Below, one piece after another: positions 16,828 to 30,967 of a stretch of DNA of 64,000 nucleotides. The stretch is from Blastocystis sp. Blastoise (taxonomy: Eukaryota > Protista > Bigyra: Opalinata). The notes beneath the pieces were generated by a model. It saw only the letters and a program-made list of their open reading frames with translations, had not been told where the DNA came from and did not search any database. Within the stretch, counting starts at the first letter, position 1; the number at the start of each line of letters is the position of its first letter. A program made the translations under genes and the position numbers. Where the stretch lies: NCBI GenBank assembly GCA_039096225.1, contig JBBPEB010000005.1:310001-374000 (forward strand), given 5' to 3'.

Positions 16828-17719
16828 TTATATGATTGAACAATCATCTTGTTTTGTTTCTTCCTATATACATATATATAATAATAAATAAGAATTACTT
16901 TTTTTTGTTGTTTATTTTCAGTATAACAATGTCGTTTAACGCATTCATTAACTATATCTGTGAAACACTATAATAATAAGTATATATTAATATTAAAACA
17001 AATTAGTTAAAAATAAATAGTCAATATACTTCATCTATATTAGTACCATCTTTTGCAGAAGTCTCAAAAAAATGAGCTCCATATTTCTTGGCTAAATCTT
17101 TACCTTCTTGAGTTGTTACTTTCTATATATATATTATTCATTATATTAAAATACTTTATAAATAAATAAAAGTATAATAACATATTAATAATTAAAAAAA
17201 ACTTATAATATATTCTTTATACTCTTTCTGATTCTAAATCACATTTATTACCAACGACAGTAACACATATATTTTTATTAGCATTCTATAAATTGTATGA
17301 CAAAATATATATATCTATAATTTTTAAAATGTATTTATATATACTTTATAAGCATCTTTAATCCATTCTTCAACTGTTTCAAAAGATTTTCTATTATCTA
17401 TAGAATACACTGCTATAATGCCGTTAGTTATACGTAAGTAAATAAGATTCATTGATCTGAACGCATCACAACCTGGAATATCCCAAATCATATATTTTAT
17501 AAGTTTATCATCAATTGTAATATATTTGGTTTTAAAATCGGCTCCACTAGGGGCTAGTGCACAATCCAAAGACTCTCCATTTATATATCGATACCGCATA
17601 CACGTCTTACCACTACCTATTCATGATAATTTAATAATGCAAGTATTCACAATACATGTTTCACTTAGCATTATAACTGTTAGTAATATATCAGGTGATT
17701 TCTTTTCGTGTTCACTCAT
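16828..17719 (-). CDS. Divergent Rab-family small GTPase with a CaaX tail
   Basis: Spliced: MSEHEKKSPDILLTVIMLSETCSGKTC...APSGADFKTKYITIDDKLIKYMIWDIPGCDAFRSM...VVGNKCDLESER|KVTTQEG...FFETSAKDGTNIDE...DDCSII*. Six exons, all GT-AG. Confidence 0.9.
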
Positions 17720-19408
17720 CTCAATCAATTCTATATAAAATAAGCATTTCATATATATTTAAATATTATCTACAATGTAAAGAAGAAGAATTTTGATTAA
17801 AATACAAGAAATAATTCAATTCATAAAAAGATACTTAATTTTAAAAAATATATTTTTTCCCTACAAAAATTGATTTTATTTATGAATAAATTAAAAAAAT
17901 AAGTTTAAAACTTGTTCTTTTTTGAGAGTATTTTATTTATTTTCTTCTTAGTATAAAGTAATTATGTTGAAATATTATTAATTAGTTGATTTATATGATT
18001 TCTTTGATCATAATTAACTAATAATTCTTTTATAAATAATAGATCATGATGGATATAATTTATTTGATGTTTCCTATTCAAAATTTATAATGTTTTTAAA
18101 TTCTGATTTACTCAGTGAGTCATCGGGGTGTGAATCATACTCTCAATTTCTTTTCAAAAATACAAATTTTCATTTATTAGTTACAGAATGTCTTTATTGA
18201 TTGCAAAATATTATCAAATTATTCTTCTTATATTAATAGATTATTCTATTTATTTCAAATTCTATTATTAAGTGGAAAATTATGATTATCTAATTTAAAT
18301 GAAACACTGCTGTTATTAGAAGATATATATTTTATATCTTTTATTTATTTACTATATCTCTATGTGTATACATTATCAATAAAATGAGAAAAGTCCTATT
18401 AACTGAATATGACACAATTAATAATTTTTTTTCATAAAAGTAAGTATTATTTATATGTATCACAATTTACCTGTAATCAATTCTTTAATTATTATTTGAA
18501 AAGTTGATAATTATTAAGTGTTCAATTTTGGAACAATAAAAAATTCATTATTCTTGTTTTTTTTACTAATAATAGTAACAAATAATATATGTATATAGTA
18601 ATTCTTCATATTTTTATCAATCATTATGTTTATAGGTATTATATATAAAACTACTTTTACTTCTACAAAAGATTATAGTTATAGAAAATTACTCAGTTCA
18701 TTAGCAACAAACTTTCTATAAGCACTCAAGAAGATATGGTTGTTGAAGTATATTCAACTGTTTGCATTTCAGATACTGATAATAATAATGATATGTAATT
18801 AAAACAACAAATAATCATACATCATATAATAATAATAAATAGATGAAGATATTGATAGCGTACATAATAAAAGAGTAATGAATACTTATGTTGATCCAGA
18901 ATCTATAGAAATATATAACTCATTCTTCTCTTCATTCTCAAATAATTTCAATCTTTATTTTTTTCATGTATATTATATAAATTTCATTTATTTAAAAAAT
19001 ATTATTATAATAATATTCCTATAGCACTTTTCTTTAAGATTATTTATTTATAATAGAAGAATGTAATATGGTCTCCTTATGACAAATTTAGAAAATATAA
19101 CTATATCTTTTAGCATATATACTATTATTTATAATTAGCAACAACTAAATAATGTATATAGATGAAGGTAGGGACTATCTTATTCTTAATAAGATAATAT
19201 TTAAAATAATTAAAATATCAAATAGATATAATCTTCAACGATTAATATCATTTAAGTTTAGAATGTATATATAAGCAAAGAAGATCTTGATTTACTTTTA
19301 AAAAACTTGATTTTTAATTTTAAAACAACGTGTTATATGTAAATAAATATTTAAAAAATAATTCTTAAAAATGAATCTATATATGTAATGTGATATTTTA
19401 ACAATTTA

Positions 19409-19701
19409 TTAGTTTTCTACCGGAGAAGGTAAATCTAAATAATTCCATTCATATTTATTTTCCAATAAATAATGTTCCAAATAAGGATACCAATCATCAA
19501 ATGAAACCATTCCTTCAGGCTCACTATATATATATATATATTTATTTATTTATTTATATATTTTTTTATTTATTTGTTTATTTATTAACTACTATTTTTA
19601 ATTATTTATTCATTGATATAATAATAAATATATACGTAAATTCAATATTACTATTAGATAATTCCAAATAGCAATATGCAAAAGCAGAGAAACAAATTGG
19701 C

Positions 19702-19732
<31 letters not shown>

Positions 19733-20622
19733 AAAAAAAAAAAATGAATAACTTCAAAAATATATATACATTTGATTTGATAGATAATCGGCCTAGAATA
19801 CCTAAAATAGAATGTAATGTACTATATATGGCCTAGAAACAAATGAATATAATAATAATATATATATAATATATATACATAATATTCTTCTTTTATAACT
19901 AGAAGATCCATATTATGTTTTACAAAATTATTTTCTATATATAAGAATATATAGCAATATTTAATATAAAAAGAGTATAATATATACTAAGTTGTTTAAT
20001 ATGAGTATGTTTCATAAAATGAGCATAAGCCAAAGAACGTAATATTCTTTTATTAAGTTTTGTATCATAACGACAATATAAACTATGTTTATTAATTATA
20101 AATAAACAATATTAAATACGCAATAGTAAGTGGTATTAAAACCGGAAAATTCCCACGAATATCTATGTTTTCATATATATTTGTTAAACCATAAATGCTG
20201 CATAAATTGCTCAGTATTTCTTTATCATTATTATTATTTATAAAATCTAGAAGGATATCAAGAGATTTGAAGAAACTATAAGAATCATTGAATAATCATA
20301 TGTAAAAGAAGATTTAATAATATTAAAAATTTTATTTATATGAAATAGATCATGAAAAACTGAGAGTTATAATAATTAAGAATATATAAAGTACTCCATG
20401 TGACTCCCACGTGCAGGAACATCATAGATATCTGACATATAACGATAACAGAAAAATGGTCTTGTTTCTCCATAATACTTATCTTTTGGAAGACGTTGAA
20501 GATCAAGACAAAAATGAGACATTTTCTCTATAAATATAGTGTAAGAAATAATATACCATATAATGATACAACATTTATACTTAAAATATATTAAAAATTG
20601 TTTAAATAAATAAAATATATTG

Positions 20623-20664
<42 letters not shown>

Positions 20665-20817
20665 TGACTCAGAAAAAGAATATATATAGATATACCAATA
20701 GAATCTACAGTAGGAAGTCTGGGATTAATAACACTTTGAATATTTAATAAAAACGGAAATGAGAAATTGTTAGTCATAGTAACATAACCCATAATTATGT
20801 TTGCTGTTTCTAAAGAA

Positions 20818-20859
<42 letters not shown>

Positions 20860-22517
20860 CATAAGAACCTAATTATAAAGAATAATGATATATAATATTA
20901 ATAATAATAGTATCTACTATTCTTCCAAAAAAAAAATGTTTTTGTTATTATAGTAATGTAAATAAATGAGAATAATGAAATATACCTTCATTAGACATAT
21001 AAGATTCCATTTTTTCTTTGAATTCGTCTTTCGTTAAAGTCTGTGAATCGTTAGATATATACATATCATAAGGATATTCATAAGTACTGCTAGCATCAAA
21101 TATATACATATTATTCTTTACCTAAAAAGAAAATGTTAGGCTCAAATAGTGAATAATTACGATAGATAATATAAAAAATAAAAGAATGAAAAAAATGAAA
21201 TAAAAAAAAAACATAATTTGAATTAACTGATTTTGAAAAATAATAAACTTACACAAAGGGTTAAATATTCTTATAATATCATTATTAATATTATTATATA
21301 TATATACAGTTTGAATCCTTCTATTTAGCTCTTCTTCATCAATTCGATTATATATACTTTTCATGATCTTATATAGATCACTGTTATTATTGTTAATGAT
21401 TTCTACTAATTGTATTATATATATGCCTTCTATATTATTATATTAGAAAAGTAGCGATTGTTTTAAAAAATTATATATTTTAAGATATGAAATATATAAT
21501 ATAAAATATAAAAAACAATAAAAACAATAAAAACAAAAAATAGTTAAGAAAACAAGTACAATAAAACAATAAAATATATATACTACGATTCCAAGAATAT
21601 GTAATAGCATCACATCCATCTAAAATACCAAATAGGGAAAAGTCTTGAATACGAAGATTTAAGCATTTTGATATTATTTCTGGTGAATAAACATATCGAT
21701 CAACAAAAAATGCATCTATAAATACATATATATATAATACATATATATATTAAAACTAATAATAAAAATAAAAAATACCTGAAATAATCCCTAAATTATG
21801 TAATGCTTCTAAGTCATTATATATTATTAATCCTTTAATGTCAAATAACATAAAGTCACAGTCATTACTTAATACATAGCAATCGTGGTCTTTTGCATAG
21901 CGGGCAGTTCCTCTATTATATTTATTATTCTTAATAAAACATACATATCATGATGAAATAAAATAAATAAATAAACTTTAAAATAAATACAGGTCTCCTT
22001 CTCCAGTCGATGCCATGACTTCACAATTGATATTATTTTCTTGTATATACTCTTTTAAACAATCAGCAAAAACATATTTTGCAGAGGGAGACATTACTAA
22101 ATTCATTATTGGCACATTATTATATATAAACTTACCACTAAATACATCACCTTCTTTGATTTCTTCATAGCCTTCTATTGATTTATTAATTTTCGTCTTT
22201 CTTCTACGTAATATAGTTTTCATTCGTGGATCTTTAGCTGTACCATCAAAAACAAAGCAAACAGGATTCATTTTATACATCTTAAACTTCATGAAAAGTA
22301 GTTCAATAATATTATGAATAAGATAAGAGCAAAGATCATATTGAACGGGTAATCTACGTAAGAGATTATTGCTGATATTACCTGCATCGATTACTATATC
22401 TATTTCTTCATCAGCATCACTATTTTGAAACTATTATAATTGACTAAAACAAATATACACTGCTGATGGAGATCTATTATTTTCTTTAATATACGTTAGC
22501 AAGTTAGGTACTCCCAT
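19409..22517 (-). CDS. Asteroid/FAM120/XPG-type PIN-domain 5' nuclease-like protein
   Basis: MGVPNLLTYI, IVIDAGN, FVFDG, GEGD, VLSNDCDF and GCD motifs in the FEN1/XPG order; multi-exon. Confidence 0.8.
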
Positions 22518-23094
22518 TATAATAAGAATTAGATTTATACAACGAAATATTTAGTATTTTGAGTCCAAAAAATACTTTTTTTATTCTTTTTTTATATTTT
22601 TTATAGATATAAAGCAAAATAAAAACTCCAAAAGTAACTGAGACGAATGAAGTTTTATTTGAGTTCATTGGCTCTTTTCATTTTGAGTTCCGTGTCGAGT
22701 ATTGTTTCATTTTTATAGGTATTAAAAATTTAAAAAATGAAAGAATTTAAATGATGTTTTCTCAATGTTATTCATTTGATAAGGAGTGGAAATATATATA
22801 TTTGTTGTTTCATTTATTGATCTAAAGATTTTAAACATATTCTAAGTATGTGTGTAATTCATTGTTGATATTTATTGTTTTATGTAACAAAGAGAAACAT
22901 ATATTCGTTTCAAATCCCTAATAAAAATGAATCGTATTCCATTTAAAATATTCCCACGGTTCTTATTTGTATTGAAGGGAAATAACCTTATTTATCAAGA
23001 ATAAATGAATAAATTCGTTCTTAATTCGTTATTTTATTAAAAAAAAATAAAATGTGTTATTGATCATTATTTTTTAATAGATTTAAATTGAATA

Positions 23095-24044
23095 ATGACT
23101 GACTGCAGAGTATCTTCAGAACTGCGTATTTCTACATTCAAAAATACATGTTGGGCTTTAGCATTGCTTTTATTGACACTTGGAGCTGATATTTGGATAG
23201 TTCTTGCTAATGAGGATAGATTACCTCAAACAGTAGCAATCCATTGGAATATTCATGGAATTATTGACAACTATGCTTCAAGAAATGGACTTATCATCAT
23301 GTCTGCTGGTTTTCCAATCTTTTTCACAATTATTGTTTTTATTATACAAGGCTTTATTTTATTATCAAATAAGCCTGCTATATCTCATCCTTATTGGACT
23401 TCTGACATTCATTATCCTCAATTATTACCCATAATGGTTGTTGTAAATTATTTATTAGGTATAATTATGAATGTTCTTTGGAATGTATTATTATTTCCTT
23501 TATGGAAATATAATATTGTTTGTTCAATTAATCCTGAGAATCCTCAACCTTGTGATTATGAAATTAATTATATATTAAATACATCCATTTTTATTGTTGG
23601 TATCCTTATTCCTATTATGATGTATACATGGTTTGTATATTCTGTACCTAAGTATATATATATATATATATTCTTCTATATTATTTTTATAGAAAACTAT
23701 TGTTAATTATATATATAATAAAATATATATAATATATTATATATGTTATAGAATAGATAGTACATATCAAAATAATAATGAAGAAGATCAATATTGGCAT
23801 TATGGATTCTATTATAATTCTACAGTATATATAATAAATAATAGTATTCTACATATATATTAGACTATTCGAATACATCAATAATTATAATAACATATAT
23901 ATATAGGATTCTAGAATATGTCTTCCTAAAAGATATGGAACAGGATGGACATTAAATATGGCGAAACCAACTGCTCAAATTATTTCAGGAATATTATTAT
24001 TTGTTATATTACTTTCTTGTACACTTCCATTTGTATTCATGTAA
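23095..24044 (+). CDS. DUF1648 + DUF5808 (SdpI-like) multi-pass membrane protein; exons 23095-23651, 23752-23824, 23907-24044
   Basis: LPQTVAIHWNIHGIIDNYASR (DUF1648-type) and WHYGFYYNSTDSRICLPKRYGTGWTLNMA (DUF5808-type); several hydrophobic helices. Confidence 0.8.
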
Positions 24045-24290
24045 TAATATGGTATAACATATATATATATATTATTGCTTCTATTCACTATTTTGCATGA
24101 TTTTCTTTATTACAACTATGTTGATATTAATAGACTTTTAGTGGAATAAACAAACTATGTTAATTTTAAATAATTTATTTTTGTTACTAACAAAAAAACA
24201 TTACATAAATACAATAAAATATAATCATATTTTGAAAGAAGAACACTGAATAAAAATAATATAAAAATAAATAAAAATATTTAATTATCG

Positions 24291-24329
<39 letters not shown>

Positions 24330-24519
24330 CAGAAAACATAATGACAAATATAAAAAAATAATAATGAAACATCTTAAAAATTTAATATATAATAGATATA
24401 TAAGAAATGTATAATGATAATATAATGTCATTACGGTATATAGAACAGAAATTAATTTTTTAATTCAAAAAGATAATAATAATAATAATAATTCAAATAT
24501 TAGAAAAAAATAATAAATA

Positions 24520-26207
24520 TTAATAATAATATTTCGTTTTAATATAATTGATTCTTTGTTCTAAGGCACGCTGATTACAAAGAGAACGATTATGATCAAT
24601 ATGAATTCGAATCCAAGGTGTATATGTATATATACATGCATTTTGTATTCTATAATGATGTATTAACCAAGTTAAACTAGCTTGATCTTGACGATGATTA
24701 TAAAAATTACTTCCTTCTGGAGAATGACAATTTATATCAAAAGAACACTCTCTCCATAATGGAGCTATATAATTCCTTATAATAGTATTATTCCAATTTA
24801 ATCCTGTTACCCCACTACTACAAGGAGGTTGTCTATATATATATTCAGTATCATTAAAATGAAACCATTCTATAGTTTTATTATGTGTATATTGTTTTAT
24901 ACTACCTCCTGATCTTAAACTAACAAATCCATATTTATTTAAATATACTGTTTTCTTGAAAAATGATTCTATTATTTCATCTCCTGAATCTAGCCACCAT
25001 CCTTTTCCTTCTGTTTCTTCTAATATATCTACTTGTATAATAGCTTTTGCTGCCATAATTTCAACACGTTGACCTTTTTTCATCCAATTATTCATCGATT
25101 TCCAATCAACTTTACGATAAAATGAAGGTAAATTAATATTATAAGATTTTCGAATAGTATCAATAAATAAAAATATATTCATTAAATGATGCACTTCATC
25201 TATAGTTAATCCAAAATCAATAAATATTATAGGAATATCTAAACGTTGTTCAATAATAGAATATATTAAATTAATATTTGGTTGAAAATGATTACTTGAA
25301 GAACCAGTTACTATATATATATCTTCTTTACCAAATGTATATTTAGGTAATTTTGTAGTCAATACGCATGAAGGAAATAGTTTTGGAGGAAATTCAACAT
25401 ATTCTATATATATATATTGTTTATAAATAATAATAAGTGGAATAATAAGATTCGTAAAGATATTATTATTAATAAATATAGTATATAATTAATATAATAA
25501 ATAATATAATAATATAATAAATAATATAATAAGTAATATAATAAATAATATAATAAATATATAATAAAAAATATAATAAACATTTCTGTATACTCATTTT
25601 TTCATTATGATCTCCTGCAAAAGGTAATTGTGTATAATCAACAGGTATTCTAGCTAATAAACAACCATCACAAAAAGTATATTCATGTTTTGTGTTATTT
25701 TTTCGAATAAAGATAGGTTCAATTTCACTTATTCCTTTGAATTCTGAAAATAAATTCTTTGGTTGATAAACATGAAAATCTATATATATATTTCATCTTA
25801 TGAAATTGAATCATACTCTTATATAACAACATAGACTTTAGATCAATTATTCCAATATTAAATCCAGTTTTCTTTATATTGTTTATCTGTGTAACCCATT
25901 GATTCTCAAAAACTAAAAGAAATAAAATATATAGAATTATAGAATTATAATTTATATACCTTCAATCATATATCCAGAAGTCGTTCTCAGAAACTAAATC
26001 ATGTAAAAATAGCAAATGAAAACAATAAATATACTTTTATTCCATTCTGGCTATTCCAGTCATCATTAGAAATATCTATAATCATTAAATAGAGATATTA
26101 TAAATAAGATTGAAATAAATTATACAAATAATATTTGGGAAAAAAATAAAGAAGAACGCCAATACAAAGAAAAAATAGAGTAGGCTTCGTTTCAGGGAAT
26201 ACATCAT
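24520..26207 (-). CDS. Type II membrane protein with a DUF1647-like putative glycosyltransferase domain
   Basis: N-terminal anchor MMYSLKRSLLYFFFVLAFFFIFF. Last exon has IVTGSSSNHF, FIDFGL, WWLDSG and C..P.GS...NHRQDQASL. Six exons join in frame. Confidence 0.7.
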
Positions 26208-27885
26208 ACCTAGAATATATAGGTTTCTAGTTATAGCTACTAAAAGTCAACTTTAAGAGTGAATCACAAATGGAAAAATAATAAAAATCTGTTTTATGAA
26301 AATGAGAATCAGTTCAGTGAAAAAAAATATAAATTCTTGGGATTTTAATGAGAATCGTTTTTTTTATATAGAATCTAAATAGGTTGAGTGTGCTGCGAAA
26401 AATAAAAGCTTAAAACCTTCTTCAATATCTTAGTGTCTATATAATGTCGTATGTTTATTATATCTTAGAATCATCCTGCACGAGTCGTTCAATTTACTCC
26501 CAAATTCCTAAAAGACTGATTGTTTATTGATTCTCATATACGTGAGTGAATTTTCAAGTATATTTCGTTATATTAAATTGTAAGATTTTAAAAAAATATA
26601 TAAAAAATTCATGTATAATTCTATATAACTTATTAATTACGTTACTTTTATTATATGGAATAAAGAGCAAAAAGGAATAAATAGATTTATATGGTTCTCC
26701 ATCTGATTTGGTCATTTTTTATGAGAATACTGTAGATATTTGTTTAAGAAGTGATTTTCTATTATGATCTTGTTGCTACAGAGATGTTATAAATCTGGAA
26801 AATCAATATAGTCATAGATAATTGAATATGACATATTTCCTATATATAAGCTTTAATTCATAAAAAATATTTATATTAAGAGTTTAATCTATATATATTT
26901 AACATGTATTGAAGAAATATATAAAAGATACTTGTAAGAATTATTTTTTCATTATAATTAAGTATTAATAATTAATGTAAATATAAACTAGACTATTTTT
27001 TAACTATGAAAGAAAACTTAAATAGAAATACATATATATGTCATATAATAATTAGATGTATATATACATTAATGTTTATTAAGAATATAATAATGTAATA
27101 AATATATATATTTTAATAGATTTTTCCTTATATGTATTTGTTATAGCTCTTGCTATTTAAAGTCAAAAATAATGTTAGTTTTTTAGTCACACTTAGTAAT
27201 AATACAATTAATCAAAATAACGAAATAATATGATTATTATTTTATTTAAAAATTTTTATAGCTTTAAATAATAAATTATAAAGGAAACATTAACATTATT
27301 GATACAATGTGTGTTTTAAATACTTTATATATTTTAAAAAAGAAATTTTAAAAAACTTATATGAAAAATTTAATTAAAAAATATGACTTATTGTTCTATT
27401 CAATAATATATAGATGACGACAACAATTCACACAATACATATAAAAACATTTTTTTAAGATTTATTTTGTAATAACTAAAATGTTTTTTCTTAAGTATAT
27501 CATTACACAATCACATATTTTATCTCTTAATCATGATAAATAGTATTTATTAAATATAATAGTAAACTGATATGCATAGATTTGTTATATATATATGTTC
27601 AATAATATCAATTATTTTATGAATACTATATTTCTTTGTTATAAGATAATATATTTAGATTTAAAAAACAAAACGTAAGATATATATATATTATATATAT
27701 GATTAGAATGAGTAACGAATATAAAAAGATGATATATTTATAAAAAATAATAGAAAGAATATAATAATAATAAGCAAAAGTAGTTTATATATAATAATTA
27801 TATAAACTAATTAAGCTTGATATAAATAGAGAATAAATTATTAAAAAATGTTAGTGAATACATATATATATATATATATATATAT

Positions 27886-29928
27886 TTAATCGTCATTATT
27901 GACACTATGGCTATCAGAATCATAGTTAGTGGTGTAATCATTATAAACATAGTCACTATTACTTCTTTGTACATAACGTGGACGTAATCCATAATGAATT
28001 CTATTCTCATCAGCCTTCTTAACCAAGACTTCCATTTTTTTTTCAACTATATATATATATAACAATAATGTAGAGTATCTAATAAAGTGAGTATAAATTT
28101 AGTATTTGATAACTACAAGAAATTCGACAATAATATTTATATTTAATAAATAAACAATGAAATGAAGAAATCGATTTAAATTGTATAAGAAATGATATAA
28201 TATGTATATTATATATATTATATATATTATATATATTATATATATTATATATTACCTGAACTTGTAAATGTTTTTCGTTTTGTATAAAAGAAAATGAGAA
28301 GACCTATCCAAGGGGCTTCAATTAAAAGACATATTACATCTATAAAATATTTTCCAACATCAACATAAAGTGTGTATATATGATATATTATCATAAGAAA
28401 CATGAGAATTATAGGGTATATTATTAAAGAAAATAAATATTAGTAAAACTATAATAGCATATTAAAATCATAGAAAATCATAGTTTTCTATTAAAAAAAT
28501 ATATATTAAATAATAAACAGAATTAAAAATAAAAAGTCTTTTATAATAATATACTTTACAGATAAAAAATGAAGAGATATATATATAAGGATATAATAAT
28601 TAGTGCTTTAATAAGTGGTTTGCAAACAAAAATGGAAACTAATATAGGTACTAATAATAAAAATAAAACATTTGATTGATCAGCCACTATTGATGATACG
28701 ATTATCAAAATCTATATTTATATAAAATTAGTATATATATATTGAATATTATAAGAATTATTATTTATTTATTATTATATTATATTTATTATTATATTAT
28801 ATTTATTATTATATTATATTTATTATTGTATTATATTTATTATTATATAATATTTATTTATTATATAATATATATTGTATTATATTTATTATTATATTAT
28901 ATTTATTATTATATTATATTTATTATTATATATATTTATTATTATATTATATTTATTATTATATATATTTATTAATATATTATATATATTATTATATATA
29001 TTTATTATTATATTATATTTATTATTGACATATCTATAATTAAGAATATATATACACCATCTAAAACTGGAAGTGTTATTAAAACTTCAAATAATTTAAA
29101 TAATTTAATATTTTTTCGATATATATCATTATCTTCTTTTGAAAATCCTGCAGTTTCAAACTAAATAATATTTAAATATTTATTATAAAAACTAATATAT
29201 ATATACATCAATATCCTCCCTATATATAAAAAAAGATAATATATATTAATAAAATAATATATATTAATAAAATAATATATATACCAATCATCTTCAGGTT
29301 CAGGAAGTTGTTTTCTCGTATCTTGTGTCATTTGTTCACAATAAACATTTGACGGCATATTATTTGAAGGTACATTATTTGAAGGTATATTATTTGAAGG
29401 TATATTATTTGATATATATGGATTATTTGGATAGGGTTGGTTTATATAATTATTAGGAATACCAACAGGAATAGACGATGGAGGTATTTGTGTAGCACCC
29501 ATAGGTATTGAAACCGAATTTCCAGGAATATTTGATGGAATTACATTTGTATTTACTGGATATGAAATAGGAATAGCAGAAGGAATATATAAATTATTAT
29601 TTTGATTAATATTATTCGATTGATTTGGAATAATAGAATTAGGAATGATTATATCTTTATTATATTGATTTGATATTGGATTCGATGGAAATGAAGGATC
29701 ATAACTCGAAATATTTGAATTATTTCTATAAGATGAATAATAAAAGATATAATAGAATATTATAATGTTTATATAAATTTTTAATAAATAGATTTCGATA
29801 GATTTAAACTAAGAATATTATATAGAAAAAGATTAGAATAAAAAAGTGAATTATAGAATAAGAAACGTATTCTAAATATAAGTATATAACACATATATAT
29901 ACTGTTGATTGACTGGAAGTCCACTCAT
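27886..29928 (-). CDS. Pro/Asn-rich N-terminus + multi-TM hypothetical protein, copy A
   Basis: MSGLPVNQQ... to ...KKADENRIHYGLRPRYVQR...NDD*; exon by exon homologous to 38236-39937. Confidence 0.75.
28416..28594 (-). other. U12-type AT-AC intron (copy A)
   Basis: ATATCCTT 5' site, TTTTCTTTAAT branch-like motif, then AATATAC|. The phase-0 join ...KALII|PIILMF is in frame. Confidence 0.88.
29352..29415 (-). repeat. Coding 15-bp tandem repeat (about 4 x PSNNI/V/M) specific to copy A
   Basis: TATTATTTGAAGG unit repeated; copy B lacks the array. Confidence 0.8.
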
Positions 29929-30154
29929 ATTGTTTTAATTCATATAAATATATAAATAAATATAAAAATTTGTAAATGTACTAAAAATGAAATCCTTCTT
30001 TACAAAAGACTAACACCGTTATAAATAATAAAAATTCAATTTTTTTATCCGTGAAAAAAATAAATTTGTAAGCATACTATTGATTATAATAATGGGGATT
30101 ATTTATGTTTCTCAAAAATGATATTTTATTTTACTGATACATAGATCTCAAAAG

Positions 30155-30307
30155 CCGCGATTATTCCTATGTCTACAGTGTAAACAAAAGAATAATCACG
30201 ATCTCGAATACGTATTCTTTCCATTACCATTACTTATTCCTGACTATACAGTATATTACTGTAATTATCTACGCTAATCAGGGCCTCATAGCCGACCTGC
30301 CATCTCC
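30155..30307 (-). ncRNA. Candidate structured RNA element of unknown family
   Basis: 22-bp stem 30201-30155 (21 pairs, 4 of them G-U, on the minus strand) plus a nested hairpin 30282-30239, in a locally GC-rich segment. Confidence 0.35.
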
Positions 30308-30967
30308 TATAAAAAGGATATACATAAATATAAATATATGTATTTCTTAGTTCAACGATGTCAATTGTATTATTAATAATAGATTTTTTTGTTATATGCA
30401 TATTGTATTTAGATTTCAAAAGAAAAACAAGATATATATATTTTAAATGAGCAACGAATCAAAATATTAACATATTTTTAACCAAAATAGAAATAATATA
30501 ATAACGGTAAACAGTTGTTTCTACAAATGATTCTATAAATTAATAAAAATCGAATATTAGTGTTGAATAAATTATTAAACATATATTCTATTTATGTATG
30601 AAATGTATAGATAAACTATAATTTCGGTACTATTATAAATCCTATATAGTTTATAATAGAATTTAATATTTATCTAATTAAATAATACGAGAAAATGAAC
30701 ATTTTTCTCGATTAAGATGTGGATCATGGAGGTAAAATATAGAAAATCATAAACTACAACATGAGTAATTGTTAGAATATATTAAAATACAATTTAAAAG
30801 AAAGTGACCACCAATTCATAGACTAGACTGCTATTTTGATTGGTTTTGTATTACTAGAAAACACACAAATAAAACTGGAGGAGAATTTATTTTCTAATAA
30901 AAATGACTGATTTGAATATTTAAGAAAAAAAAAATAACTGACTTTTATTTTGGTTTGTAAATAATTT

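Noticed and set aside
23600-23607. GTATCCTT or ATATCCTT matches as further U12 donors (also near 19483-19490, 20251-20258, 21070-21077, 49945-49952)
   Set aside because: They lie inside open, sensible exons or inside a canonical GT-AG intron, and no join requires them
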